A DNA stretch of 63,892 nucleotides, filler included, from Octopus bimaculoides (taxonomy: Eukaryota): assembly GCF_001194135.2 (NCBI RefSeq). It is 12 parts of 11 records of this genome, joined end to end, with 100 filler letters (N's around TTAATTAATTAA, not from the genome) between each part and the next. Parts side by side here need not be neighbours in the genome. Positions count along the whole stretch, not along the records: positions 37,732 to 44,355 come from NC_068989.1; positions 44,456 to 46,806 come from NC_069005.1; positions 46,907 to 51,459 come from NC_069008.1; positions 51,560 to 53,825 come from NC_068994.1; 8 more parts are not named here. The stretch is one strand, 5' to 3'. Positions 37,936 to 51,641 of this stretch are shown piece after piece; within the stretch, counting starts at the first letter, position 1, and each line of letters begins with the position of its first letter. Made by a program: the position numbers and the translations under genes. A model generated the notes under the pieces. It was not told the DNA's origin. It did no database searches and saw only the letters and a program-made list of their open reading frames with translations.

Positions 37936-38785
37936 ACTCGCTAGTGCCTATATATTCTGTCATGTTAAATATTTTGACAAGATTAGCGATTTCATTCGGT
38001 AGTTAAGGCTGGTTGGAGCGTAACACTGGCACAATTCATGACAAGCACTGTCTGTTATGTTACAGACATTTAATGTATGCCATAAACTTAAGTAACTTTT
38101 ATTTCATATGGAAGAAACGTATGTTTTGAAATGTATAGCGGAATAGATTCTGCCTCTTTTACTTCCTGAGTCTGAATCCCAACAAGATCCCGACTTTATC
38201 CTTCCGCAATCTATAAATAATGGATCATTGAAATACTAAAAGTGACATAGTTTTCTACACGTTTTAAACTTTGAGCTGGAGGGCTAAGAATGCCAGATAT
38301 CTGGTTTGCGTAGCGTGTAAGTGACAAACATCCGGACCGCCCTCCTGAACATGAAACCGTCACATTGAATGTTTCAATGGCAATATTTTTGGTGGGAGGG
38401 AGAAATAACATGCATTGATCCCAGTCCTTACTTGGTGCTTTATTTTATCGACCATGAAGGGATGAAGCACAAAGTTGTAGAATGTGGGATTTTAACTCAG
38501 AGCGTAAAGACGCATATGAAATGAAACTTGTATCTTGTCCGACGTGCTAACAACTCTGCTAGTTTATCGCCTTGCTTTTAATTTTGAAATTAAATAAATA
38601 TCAGTAAATTGATTGTCATATGACATATAGGAGAAAGATGTTTATATAATCAAACGAATACATTAAAATATTTCAACGAAAGGAATATAGAAAAGAAGTA
38701 ATTTCGATATCAATCAGAAATCATATACGAACAGAGACTGGGAAGCTGTATGGAGATGTTCAGAAGGACCGATTGTTGTTATATA

Positions 38786-39110
38786 CAGGGTTATTCAAAA
38801 AGAATGAACCGATTTCTTTACGCAATATTTTAATTAAAAAAAGGCAATAGAAACTCCAGCAAAGTCACAAGTATTTACTCCCAATCAACCTTTATTTCCT
38901 GTCTTACAAAGTGTTCAATGTGGCCACCACCTGCAAAATGGGCAACGTCAATGCGATAAGAGGATTCCTCCCAGACGCGTATCGGCATATCACGATCGAC
39001 TGAGTTGATCGGTGTTGTTATTCGATGTTTAAGGTCATCGAGGTTAGTGGGAAACAGTGGAACCGAAACGCGGTCTTTTACATATTCCCACAAGAAAAAA
39101 TCACATGCCC

Positions 39111-39112
<2 letters not shown>
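38786..39112 (-). mobile_element. Tc1/mariner transposon 3' end with TIR
   Basis: TA|CAGGGTTATTCAAAAAGAATGAACCG terminus; transposase C-terminus DFFLWEYVKDRV...TNLDDLKHRIT...GGGHIEH. Confidence 0.85.
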
Positions 39113-39179
<67 letters not shown>

Positions 39180-41329
39180 GTGCGTGTGTGTGTGTGCGTG
39201 TGCATGTTTGTGTGTAAATACGTAGCATGCATTTATGAATATGCGTACGTGTGTCTGATCTGTCTGTGCGTCTATGTCTAGTGTGTGTAAGTATTCATAA
39301 AATTCGTTCTTGTTTCTATGTTTTATCAACTTCTCAGTCTTGCTCTTTAAACGTCCACCACTCTTTTTGTACATTATTTCTACGACCACGACCGCCACCA
39401 CTACCACCACCATCACCACTAACAACAATGACAACAGCAACGACAACAACAACACCCCCATCATCATCAGCATCGTCATCACTACTATCAGCATCTCTGT
39501 CGCCAGCGTCACCCTCAATATAATATCGATCGAATGGACAAATAGTAGAAATGAATTTATAGCACCATTAACATCCATACACCTTACTCTTCGCGAATGT
39601 ACTTCGGACCTCACACAAGCATATACACACTGACATATAATCGTACATTTATAGCCACAAGCATACACAGGTGTACAAAGTCACGCGTACGTACACATAT
39701 ATCTCAACTCAAACGTATATATATATATATACACTCTGAATCCACCTACAGATATACTCGTATAACTGTCCGGTTTGTTCGCTGTACTGAATATATATTG
39801 TGAATATACGACATCATTAAACGCATTATTCACTGTATCTTAATGCTGACCCAAGCTTATTTCTAAATGCTTCTGCTACGCTGCTGCCAGTGCCGTAGCT
39901 TTTGGCTATATTTTCTATTGATTTCTGTTTCTGCTTTCATTTCTACAAAACTCACCACTCGCGCCATAGTATTTCAAGATTTAACAAATTAAAGATGGCC
40001 GACATTTGTTGCTTTTATTGCGTTGCTGCTTTCTCCACCCCTCTCTATCTCTCTCTCTCTCTCTTCCTCTGTCTCTCTCTCTCTTCCTCTGTCTCTCTCT
40101 CTCTCTTCCTCTGTCTCTCTCTCGCCCCTCCCATTCTCTTCTCTCCCTGTTTGATCTGTCAGCATCTATTTTGCATTTCTTTTGAAGCAAATTAGAACAT
40201 TGCCGTGATATTAATAATAAAAATAAAAATTTTGCAAATCACTATAAAATTTATTGTTTGACGAATAAAGAGCTATACTGAGTTTGATGATTGTTGTTCA
40301 TTTGACAGTCGGTAGTGGGTGATGTTGAGTAGGGCGTGTGTGGAGTGTCATTTATTACTGTACTTGTTGCTGCTGCTGCTGCTGCTGGTGGTGTTGTATT
40401 TACTGCTGCTCTCCTTCATGTTTTCCTTGTTGTTGCTATTCCATCTAGTTTTATTCCTCTAACCGATGCTGTCGTTTCTCTTTTTGCTTTTATTCCTAAG
40501 TACGTTATTATTGTTGTCCTACTTGTGGTTTTATGACTCAAACTCTTATTGTTGCAGTTGTTGTTCTTGCTGCATTTAGTTATAATCTTCACTCTGATAC
40601 ATTTATTGTTCTTTCTCTTTGTTGTCGTTGTTATTGTTACGGTTGTTTCACGTGCAGTTTTATTACTCGCACCCCTGTTTGTTCTTGGCGTTGTTGTTGT
40701 TGTTGTCGTCGTTGTTGGTTTTCTAAATAGTTTGATGGACTACAAGTTGTTCAAAAATTTGAATTTGATCTTACAGCTCTTTTTGCTGTTAGTTTTACTC
40801 TTGTCAAGCTTATTATATATTCTATTGTTCTTGTCATTCCCGATCTTAATGTCGTAGTATTTGTTCTGTACAGTTCAATGAGACAGAAGTTGGTGGAAAA
40901 AAAAGTTTAGGCGTGGTTAACGGGAATTAATGTAGTACAGTGTTTAGTTTTACGTGAGTTAATTTTAATGTGGTATATAGCATTAAAGCAGTGATGTTGG
41001 ATAGGTTAGCAAAAGTGTGGTTTATTTTCAATTTTGGTATACGTCATCGAGGTTTCGATCTGTATGATACTTTAATAGGACACAATGTGCTTCAGATGAG
41101 AAATTTGTAAGATTTCTTTCTCTTTTTTTTCTGTGGATTCCGGGGAAGAAGCATAGCCTTTGCAAGACCCTTCCAGACCCTTCCAGACCGGTAGGATGTG
41201 ATGTCACTGATGTTCGACCTATACTATTGCAAGTCGATACGTTTAAGAAAGCTATGAACAGAAAGGGTGTTCCTCCGGTCGGACATTCTAAGAAGTAATT
41301 GCAAAGAGTAATAGGTATGGGTAAACATC

Positions 41330-41560
41330 CTTTCTGAGGCATATAAATTCATAAGGCCGGTTTGCCAGTTTCAGTGACGCATATACATCACCCAGGATGG
41401 GACGCCAGAATTATTTATCTTTACTAAATGGGAGAACTGGAGCAACGTGAAATAAAGTGTTTTGCTCAAGAACACAACGCGTCGCCCGGCCCAGGAATCG
41501 AAGCCACAATCTTAGTATCATGAGTCCCAACTCTTAACCACGAAGGCGCGCGTCTCCACG
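41330..41560 (-). mobile_element. tRNA-derived CORE-like SINE (family D)
   Basis: Minus strand gtggttaag...ttcgattcctggg (A/B boxes), then tgtgttcttgagcaaaacactttatttcacgttgctccag. Confidence 0.75.
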
Positions 41561-42159
41561 CTGTGTAATGATTTGTGTGTGGTAAGGTTGGGGTTGGAGA
41601 CTATATTAGTTATGACAAGTGGAGAGATAACGGTTTCGGAAGAGACGATTGAGAGCATGAAATTGGACTAAGCACTTACGAGGGACGGACGCCGTGAAAT
41701 GATCGGTAGGAATAACAGGAAGAGAGCATTCACGCTGAGGCTGAAGCGCAACTGTGAGGGATCGTAGTGTAAGTTAGCAAGGAGCCTTCCAATTATAAAA
41801 GACAGCCATCATAATGAAAAAGACAGGAACCTGTTGTNNNNNNNNNNNNNNNNNNNNNNNNNNNNNNNNNNNNNNNNNNNNNNNNNNNNNNNNNNNNNNN
41901 NNNNNNNNNNNNNNNNNNNNNNNNNNNNNNNNNNNNNNNNNNNNNNNNNNNNNNNNNNNNNNNNNNNNNNNNNNNNNNNNNNNNNNNNNNNNNNNNNNNN
42001 NNNNNNNNNNNNNNNNNNNNNNNNNNNNNNNNNNNNNNNNNNNNNNNNNNNNNNNNNNNNNNNNNNNNNNNNNNNNNNNNNNNNNNNNNNNNNNNNNNNN
42101 NNNNNNNNNNNNNNNNNNNNNNNNNNNNNNNNNNNNNNNNNNNNNNNNNNNNNNNNNNN

Positions 42160-42212
<53 letters not shown>

Positions 42213-42662
42213 ATGTATGTATATATAAGGATATTATTGTTTACAATAAATATACCACTTACAAATATAGCACTTCGTGTTTTATACGGTTATATATGCG
42301 GTGAGGGCAAGCTTCACGTAGAATATCATTACCGAGGCTACACTCAGGAAAGTACTATTGTTACTGATGTACTTCGTAGTGTTACAGTTTATGATATAGA
42401 AAGCAATATAAAGAGAAGTATGATACACAGAAAAAGCAATTTCTAGATTTTTTTTCCTACGCCTGTTTCACCATTGCGTCTATTTACTCTCCCTGCACTT
42501 CATGTTCTTAGTGCAATTAGATGTAGATCCATTACAGGGAAATACTACGGAATAAATGGTATAAATCGTATATATATATATATATATATATACACATCCA
42601 TGCACATACATATGTGTGTATGTGTGTATGCCTCTCTGTGTGTTCGTGTGATTGCACGCGCA

Positions 42663-42705
<43 letters not shown>

Positions 42706-43454
42706 CTGAACGTGCTGAGTGAGTGAGAGAAAATAGGATAAGCTAATATATATTGCTAAGAACTAATATGTATTCTACTCGATTTCTCACAGCTTTCGTA
42801 ATGACAGATACGAGATATCCTACGTTTAAGTCGTTGCAATTTCTTTATAAAGCCGATTTGTGTGATATATAGCTTTGATATTCGCGCTCTTTTTCTTATA
42901 TCTACTTACATAAAGATTGCACGTAGATCACATATACCTAAAAATTATACATACATACATAGATACATGCAGATATATATATATATGTATGTGCGTGTGT
43001 GTGTGTGCGTGCGTTGCGCATATATACATATATATATGCACGTATGCATATATATATGTATATCTATATTTCTCTCATTTTCTCTCTCACACACAAACGC
43101 AGACATTGTACAGTTTACATTTAAGCTTCACAGAAAATAGTTCGAGAATGATATATAGTTCCTATTGCGTATTCAGATTTGCACAACCACGAACACACAC
43201 ACACACACACACGAATAAAACCCAAAAAGAAATAGAAGCCATGTAAGCACACACGTGTGTATCCGTATGTGGTTGGGCAGATTATCTATGTGTCTTGTGC
43301 TATATTCTCCAAGCGCTAAACCTGAGGAAGATAATTCATGATTTGAAGAAATATGTCTTCTAATGGCAGCCAGATACTCTCAGATTTGTAGGACTACCAC
43401 AGACCAAATATATCTAACTCTGCTTTAAGACATGTCTGTTTATCTATCTATCTA

Positions 43455-43788
43455 TCTATCTTATTTCTTTATTGCCCACAAGGGGCTAAACATAGAAGAG
43501 GACAGACAAGGACAAACAAAAGGATTAAGTCGATAACATTGACCTCAGTGCGTAAATGGTACCTAATTTATCGACCCCGAAATGATGAAAGGCAAAGTTG
43601 ACTTTGGCGGAATTTGAACTCAGAACGTAACGGCAGACGAAATACCTCTAAATATTTCGCCCGGCGTGCTAACCATTCTGCTGGCACGCCGCCTTCTATC
43701 TGTCTATCTATCTATCAATCATCTATCTATCAATCATCTATCTATCAATCATCTATCTATCAATCATCTATCTATCTATCTATCAATC

Positions 43789-43837
<49 letters not shown>

Positions 43838-44175
43838 ATAAGAAACCATTAATATTATATATATAATTTTGGTGGGTGAGAGCCAGTCGACTAGATTGAT
43901 CCCAGTGTGCAGCTGGTGCTTAATTTATCGACCCCGAATGATGAAAGCAAAGTCAACCTCGGCGGAATTTGTACTCAGAACGGAAAGACAGACGAAATAC
44001 CGCTAAGCATTTCGCTCGGCGTGCTAACGTTTCTTATTTCTTTATTGCCCAGAAGGGACTAAACACAGAGGGGACAAACAAGGACAGACAAATGGATTAA
44101 GTCGATCAGGTCGACCCCAGTGCGCAGTAAGCATTTCGTCCAGCGTGCTAACGTTTTTGCCAGTTCACCGCCTTA
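43455..44175 (-). mobile_element. Cluster of three SINE family A copies interleaved with (CTAT)n/(CTATCAAT)n
   Basis: A full copy at 43455-43695 and partial copies at 43880-44030 and 44030-44175. Confidence 0.85.
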
Positions 44176-44455
44176 GAGCAAGTGAAAGAATGATGAGGGT
44201 AATTTCAGTTTCTTCCTCTCGTTCAAGCGATCCCAGCTTCTTTCTTTATATATCACCTATTACGTTTGTGTCTAAAGTACTTTTCCCTGTGCACCACATT
44301 TCTTTGCAGAGTTTAACGCCAACATGTCTGCATGAATATATTACATACACATGGCNNNNNNNNNNNNNNNNNNNNNNNNNNNNNNNNNNNNNNNNNNNNT
44401 TAATTAATTAANNNNNNNNNNNNNNNNNNNNNNNNNNNNNNNNNNNNNNNNNNNN

Positions 44456-44515
<60 letters not shown>

Positions 44516-44632
44516 AATAGAAAAAGCAGAGAAATGTCATCAAAAGGTCAAGAATATATTTTCTTAAGTAACACAGGATTTGATGTAAAGTTAACGTAGC
44601 TTTCTGTGGTTAGGCACAAAAACACACTCATC

Positions 44633-44663
<31 letters not shown>

Positions 44664-44870
44664 GCGCGCGCGTGCAAGCATGTGTATATGTATACGGGTC
44701 TCTGTGCATGCATTATATGTTTAAGTGTCCGTTTCTATGTGTGTGAAAGAGCGTTTGCGTGTGTATAAATATATATATGTATTATGTCCGTGTGTATGTG
44801 TGTATACACACACACGCACACACACACACACACGCACACACACACATACACATATATATATATATATACG

Positions 44871-44915
<45 letters not shown>

Positions 44916-45863
44916 NNNNNNNNNNNNNNNNNNNNNNNNNNNNNNNNNNNNNNNNNNNNNNNNNNNNNNNNNNNNNNNNNNNNNNNNNNNNNNNNNNNNN
45001 NNNNNNNNNNNNNNNNNNNNNNNNNNNNNNNNNNNNNNNNNNNNNNNNNNNNNNNNNNNNNNNNNNNNNNNNNNNNNNNNNNNNNNNNNNNNNNNNNNNN
45101 NNNNNNNNNNNNNNNNNNNNNNNNNNNNNNNNNNNNNNNNNNNNNNNNNNNNNNNNNNNNNNNNNNNNNNNNNNNNNNNNNNNNNNNNNNNNNNNNNNNN
45201 NNNNNNNNNNNNNNNNNNNNNNNNNNNNNNNNNNNNNNNNNNNNNNNNNNNNNNNNNNNNNNNNNNNNNNNNNNNNNNNNNNNNNNNNNNNNNNNNNNNN
45301 NNNNNNNNNNNNNNNNNNNNNNNNNNNNNNNNNNNNNNNNNNNNNNNNNNNNNNNNNNNNNNNNNNNNNNNNNNNNNNNNNNNNNNNNNNNNNNNNNNNN
45401 NNNNNNNNNNNNNNNNNNNNNNNNNNNNNNNNNNNNNNNNNNNNNNNNNNNNNNNNNNNNNNNNNNNNNNNNNNNNNNNNNNNNNNNNNNNNNNNNNNNN
45501 NNNNNNNNNNNNNNNNNNNNNNNNNNNNNNNNNNNNNNNNNNNNNNNNNNNNNNNNNNNNNNNNNNNNNNNNNNNNNNNNNNNNNNNNNNNNNNNNNNNN
45601 NNNNNNNNNNNNNNNNNNNNNNNNNNNNNNNNNNNNNNNNNNNNNNNNNNNNNNNNNNNNNNNNNNNNNNNNNNNNNNNNNNNNNNNNNNNNNNNNNNNN
45701 NNNNNNNNNNNNNNNNNNNNNNNNNNNNNNNNNNNNNNNNNNNNNNNNNNNNNNNNNNNNNNNNNNNNNNNNNNNNNNNNNNNNNNNNNNNNNNNNNNNN
45801 NNNNNNNNNNNNNNNNNNNNNNNNNNNNNNNNNNNNNNNNNNNNNNNNNNNNNNNNNNNNNNN

Positions 45864-46275
45864 AAGAAGAAGAAGAAGAAGAAGAAGAAGAAGAAGAAGA
45901 AGAAGAAGAAGAAGAAAAAGAAGAAGAAAAAGAAGAAGAAAAAGAAGAAGAAGAAGAAGAAGAAGAAGAAGAAAAAGAAGAAGAAGAACAACAACAGCAA
46001 CAACAACAAAAACAACAGCAACAAGGCAGGAAAGAAGAAGAAAAAGAAGACGAAGAAGAAGAAGAAACAGAAGAAGAAGAAGAAGAAAAAAGAAGAAGAA
46101 GAAGAAGAAGAAAAAGAAGACGAAGAAAAATAAGAAGAAGAAGAAGAAGAAGAAAAGAAGAAGAAGAAGGAGAAGAAGAAGAAGAAGAAGAAGAAGAAGA
46201 AGAAGAAGAAGAAGATAAAGAAGAAGAAGAAGAAGAAGAAGAAGAAAAAAGAGGAAGAAGAAGAAGAAGAAGGCA
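45864..46275. repeat. (GAA)n degenerate microsatellite
   Basis: Direct reading. Confidence 0.95.
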
Positions 46276-46559
46276 GCAACATATTACAATAACAAGAACA
46301 ACAACAGCAACAACAAGAATGCGGAAGAGGACGACAGGAAGGAGGTGGTGTGAGAGTTGCGAAAGCGGAAGGAAGAACAACAGATGGGAGTTTATAGGAT
46401 TTATCGAAATCCTATTTCTGGGTTGCATCCAGTTTGGTCCCTTTTTTTTCTTTGAACACTCGATTCGGTTTATTGGGGTATGAAAAATTGAATCTAGGAT
46501 TAGAATCGAAGACGTGTGTTCGTTGTGGTTTGCTTTCTTGTGTCTTATGCTTTGATTAC

Positions 46560-46767
46560 TCTTTTACTCTTTTACTTGTTTCAGTCATTTGACTGCGGCC
46601 ATGCTGGAGCACCGCCTTTAGTCGAGCAAATCGACCCCAGGACTTATTCTTTGTTAGCCTAGTACTTATTGTATCGGTCTCTTTAGCCGAACCGCTAAGT
46701 TACGGGGACGTAAACACACCAGCATCGGTTGTCAAGCGATGCTGGGGGGACACAGACACAAACATAT

Positions 46768-46806
<39 letters not shown>
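46560..46806 (-). mobile_element. SINE family B 3' half
   Basis: tcttttacttgtttcagtcatttgactgcggccatgctggagcaccgcc...gtcaagcgatgctgggg. Confidence 0.85.
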
Positions 46807-46999
46807 NNNNNNNNNNNNNNNNNNNNNNNNNNNNNNNNNNNNNNNNNNNNTTAATTAATTAANNNNNNNNNNNNNNNNNNNNNNNNNNNNNNNNNNNNNN
46901 NNNNNNATATATATATATATATATATATATACGAAATTTAAAAAAAAATTTAAAAAAAGGAAAATACACACACTTTACATAGTTTTAATATATTTTTTA

Positions 47000-48290
47000 A
47001 TATATCGACCGGTTTCGCTTTCGCTATTCATGATGTTATGGTTTACTTATTTGAATATGTATTTTCTTAAGAAGACATTTTGTCCATGTTTTGTGTGATG
47101 ATATTTACGAGTGAATGGCTTGACAAGAAGAAGAATAATGGCAGGTAATTGGTTATCGTTATTATTTTTGTTGTTATTCTACACAAGGGAGATAACTGTT
47201 CAGCTTTCAGTAAGGGGAGGGGAATATATGTGTACACACACACACAAAACAAGGGTTGATGTAGTCGTGAATTGAAATATGCAAAAAAATAATAAAAGTA
47301 TTTATGCGTGCATATTACTACGTGTTCTGTATTTTTCAATGAAAAAAGTTTCTTTATTTAAACGTTCTTGTTGGAGAGATGGTGTTTTTGCACTGGTAGA
47401 AGGGGAAAACTGTGAAATTTGGTTTGATGTTATGTGAACATTTTTCTATATGTTCACTGAGAGGAATTTGCCTATATTGTGGAAACAGATTTCCTCTTTA
47501 TGTAGAGTGGTTCTCCTTCTTAAGGTCAACCCCGTCTGTCCAATATAGTTATGACCGCAACCCGAGCAGATTATTACATAAATTAAGTTCTCAGAGGCAC
47601 AAGTGTAACTAGTTTTAATTGTGAACCTCTGTCCTTGTTTGAAAAGGAAATCCGAGCCTTCAAGTAAGTTGAGGCAGGTTCCACAGGTTCCATATATATA
47701 TGGAAGACACTTGCCCAACGTTCCACGCAATGGGACTTACTACACAGACACACTAAGGTACGGGGACGTAGACACACCCATACGGTTGTCAAGCAATAGT
47801 GAGCAGTGGTGCGGGACAAACACATAGACACGCACCTCCCCCCTCCACATATATTATAATTATCAAATCCCATTAGAGGCTATGTTCGCCCCATGAATGT
47901 ATGGTGTTATCCAAGGAAGTACTGGTTCAATACCGAATATTTTGGTGGAATTAATTTCCTTAGGTGTATATATAAAACCATATTGATTATATTCATATAA
48001 AAGAAGAAAAAGAAAATGGAGATTGGGAAGTTAATAATTGTTTATTATTAACAACAAATCAATCATCATCCCTTACAACTGTTCCAGTTAATATACTCGA
48101 TGAATTAGTCAAGCATTAAATTGATATGCCCTGAGCATAATATCTTCAGAGGGTAAAAATATACCTTTTGATGTTTTATATATGTTGATGGAATCATTAT
48201 AGCCGACTGAATGGTGCTGTTCATGATTTGCATTTTTATGAATTCGGGCGGGGGGTTTGCAGGTTGGTTGAAGATAAGATATAAAAGGTA
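47000..48290 (-). mobile_element. Penelope-like element 3' part (RT end, GIY-YIG endonuclease, 3' region), interrupted by SINE fragments at about 47700-47830
   Basis: FTIKTSYTCASENLIYVIICSGCGHNYIGQTG is the PLE GIY-YIG motif with CxxC; a decayed hammerhead lies in the 3' region. Confidence 0.85.
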
Positions 48291-48294
48291 GATA

Positions 48295-49547
48295 TCAGGT
48301 CATCCTATAAGTTCTTTCCTATTTTACAATTTTTATTATTGAATGAAATTTAATAGCATTTCAGAATGTCTAATGGAATTAAAAATCCCTTTTTTGCATT
48401 CGTGTACATTTAAACGAATTAAACATTATTTTACAGAATAATGGAATTAAAATTTCTTTCATTAAAACCCTTTCTAACATGGAAGTATCCAAACACCATT
48501 TAAGGCACATAATGCTTTATGAGTACAAAAAGGAAACTCTGCGGCTGAAGCGACTCGAAACATACACTCAGTTTATGGGAAGGAATGCTTGAATGAAAGA
48601 TCTTGCAGAAGATAGTTTGCAAAATTCAGAAGTGGAGATTTCAGCTTTTGAAGATGAAGATCGAACAGGACGTCCAGTTGAATTTGATGATAAGCTCCTT
48701 GAGGCATTAATTGAAGAAGATCCTGCATTATCAGTTGAAGAACTGGCAATAAAGCTTAGTTAAAACCATAAAACTGTTCATTGTCAACTTCACCAACTTG
48801 GAAAGGCTCCTAAACTTGAAATATGGGTGCCTCATGAATTGTCCGAAAGCAACCGCAAATCCCGATTTGACATCTGCTCTTCCCTCCAATCTCGCTAACT
48901 CATTTCACACAATGGATCTTCTATTGAAATGTTAAACGTCGTAAACAGTGGCTTGGTAAAAGGGAAAAAGCTCAACGACAACCGAGAACGGATCTTCATG
49001 TACAAAAAAGTTCTCTCTATCTGCTGAGATTGCAAAGGAGTGATTCACTTTGAATTGCTACCACCTAATGCAACAATCAATGCTCAAGTCTACTGTTAGC
49101 AATTAGAGCGTTTGAACAAAGCTTTGAAGAAAAAAAGACCCGCTTTAATGAATCGAAAAGGAGTGATGTTTTTTTCATGACAATGCGCGACCCCATACTG
49201 CAAAGATCACATTACAGAAGATCGAAGATCTTGGTTTGGAAAAAATTCCTCATCCACCTTATTCTCCCGACCTTGCTCATTCAGACTACCATTTGTTTCG
49301 TAGCTTACAGAATCATTTGTGGGACATAACTTTCGCAAGCCAAGAGGAGGTCGAAACTGACATTTCAGAGTTCTTCGCTTTGAAGCCAAAAGAGTTTTAC
49401 ATTGATGGGATTAAATAGCTATTAAATAGATGGATGGAAGTCACGAATATTCAGAAGTACATTGATGATTAAATTTCAATTGAATATAATATTTGATCAC
49501 TTGCTTTCTTTATTCAACGTTCGGACAGAACTTATGGAATGACCTGA
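48295..49547 (+). mobile_element. Near full-length mariner (DD34D-type) element, pseudogenised transposase (ATG 48479)
   Basis: TA-flanked TIRs TCAGGTCATCCTATAAGTTC / GAACTTATGGAATGACCTGA; motifs WVPHEL, HDNARPH and HPPYSPDLAHSDYHLFRSLQ; stops and frameshifts. Confidence 0.92.
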
Positions 49548-50269
49548 TAGAATAAGAGTAATAAATGAATAAATTCAATAGGTGATGAGAGAAGAAATTT
49601 AAACTTAATGTGAAAATGTGATATGCTTTTATAAGGTATAAATAAAGTTAAGAAAATTTGTAAGCATGCAAGTAAACGCGCATACATAAACACACAAATA
49701 TGTATTCATCCGTACGGCCATATATATATATATATATATATATATANNNNNNNNNNNNNNNNNNNNNNNNNNNNNNNNNNNNNNNNNNNNNNNNNNNNNN
49801 NNNNNNNNNNNNNNNNNNNNNNNNNNNNNNNNNNNNNNNNNNNNNNNNNNNNNNNNNNNNNNNNNNNNNNNNNNNNNNNNNNNNNNNNNNNNNNNNNNNN
49901 NNNNNNNNNNNNNNNNNNNNNNNNNNNNNNNNNNNNNNNNNNNNNNNNNNNNNNNNNNNNNNNNNNNNNNNNNNNNNNNNNNNNNNNNNNNNNNNNNNNN
50001 NNNNNNNNNNNNNNNNNNNNNNNNNNNNNNNNNNNNNNNNNNNNNNNNNNNNNNNNNNNNNNNNNNNNNNNNNNNNNNNNNNNNNNNNNNNTATATGTGT
50101 GTGTAGGTATATATATACATACGTACATACATACATACACACACGCACGCCTATACATGCACAAACACATAGAGGCACATAACTACACCAGTATAGGTAT
50201 GAACCTGTTCACTCAGAGACTCACACGTGTACTTGTATAGATATATATACAGACACACACACACACACA

Positions 50270-51298
50270 TCTACTACATATGTGGGAAATATTCTATCTG
50301 TAGGTGTGTTTGTGAAGTTGCTAGCTAACTACTCCTACATCGTTCTATCGATTTTGATAATACTTGACATGAGTAGAACTCATGTCTGAAAACCTCATGG
50401 TATACTCAGATTGTTGAAAAAGTTGATAATAGGGCCCCTGGAAGGGATCCTTATATATATATCTAATATATTTTATCTTAAAAACCAAGGGAATTAATCC
50501 ATTCGCCGCTGGAAGTAATTCTTATATATAGCCAAGGAAAATAAACCTTTCATTTTCCTAAATTATTTGGTAAAAATGAAATTGAGTATGCTTATTTCTT
50601 AGTATTTGAATATGTTCGCATTTTATTTTAAAAACCAAGGGAATTAATTCATTCGCCCCTGGAAGGAATCCCTATGTATAACCAAGGAAAATAAACCATT
50701 CATTTTCCTAAATTATTTAGCTTATTTCTTAGTATTTCGCAATTTATCCAGTACAATCCTTAAGCAAGTAAATAGTATTTTCCTAAACAATAGGTCCACT
50801 TATTTCAGTTAGTGACTTATTCACGAGTATACCAACACTAGCGCACCTGGGGGTAATATTTTCTGGGAATGCACAAAAGCCCTTTTCAGAGTTAGTTACT
50901 TTGAATTGTTACTATCTAATATCTGATTAGCCTATTATTACGTAACATTTTTCACGATTTTAGAATACATACCTTGTTAGTATTTCCTCCTATGTTCTAT
51001 ATAGTCTGGAAACGCATTAAAGCCCTTTTCGGGGCTACTTTATTTAAATTCTTACTATCGGGTAACTAATTTCATGTTATTACATAACTGACTTCACAAT
51101 TTGGGTATCTATAACTTATTCGGAATTCCAAAAAACAAGATCCTGTGTAAGACTGTTCGGTATTCTCTGTAAATGCACAAAAACCGTTTTATGGGCTACA
51201 TACTTTATATTGTTTTTATTGGATAAGCGAAACAATTATGAGAACGGAACCAAGGGATAAGCCCTGTTTTCCCGGGAATTCCCGGGTACGTCAGCTAG
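50270..51298 (+). mobile_element. Apparently complete non-autonomous Helitron
   Basis: A|TC 5' end, a perfect 16-bp palindrome CCCGGGAATTCCCGGG at 51271-51286, CTAG|T 3' end, and internal degenerate tandem units. Confidence 0.75.
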
Positions 51299-51428
51299 TA
51301 TTCTTTCTGTCGAAGAGCGTAGCTCGAAACGTTAAAGACTTTCTGTATTCCCGAGCGTCAAACTAATACATCCTTTTGTTGTTTACACCACCTGTCCTCG
51401 TCTGATGTTGTTTTTTTTCGTACATTCT

Positions 51429-51459
<31 letters not shown>

Positions 51460-51601
51460 NNNNNNNNNNNNNNNNNNNNNNNNNNNNNNNNNNNNNNNNN
51501 NNNTTAATTAATTAANNNNNNNNNNNNNNNNNNNNNNNNNNNNNNNNNNNNNNNNNNNNATATGCACACACGCAGAAGCAAACCAACAACGCATATTGAA
51601 T

Positions 51602-51641
<40 letters not shown>

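Noticed and set aside
44725-46483. Long ORFs (450-570 aa) and similar poly-X, poly-I/N and YIYI ORFs throughout the track
   Set aside because: They consist of N-runs and microsatellites and have no coding signal.
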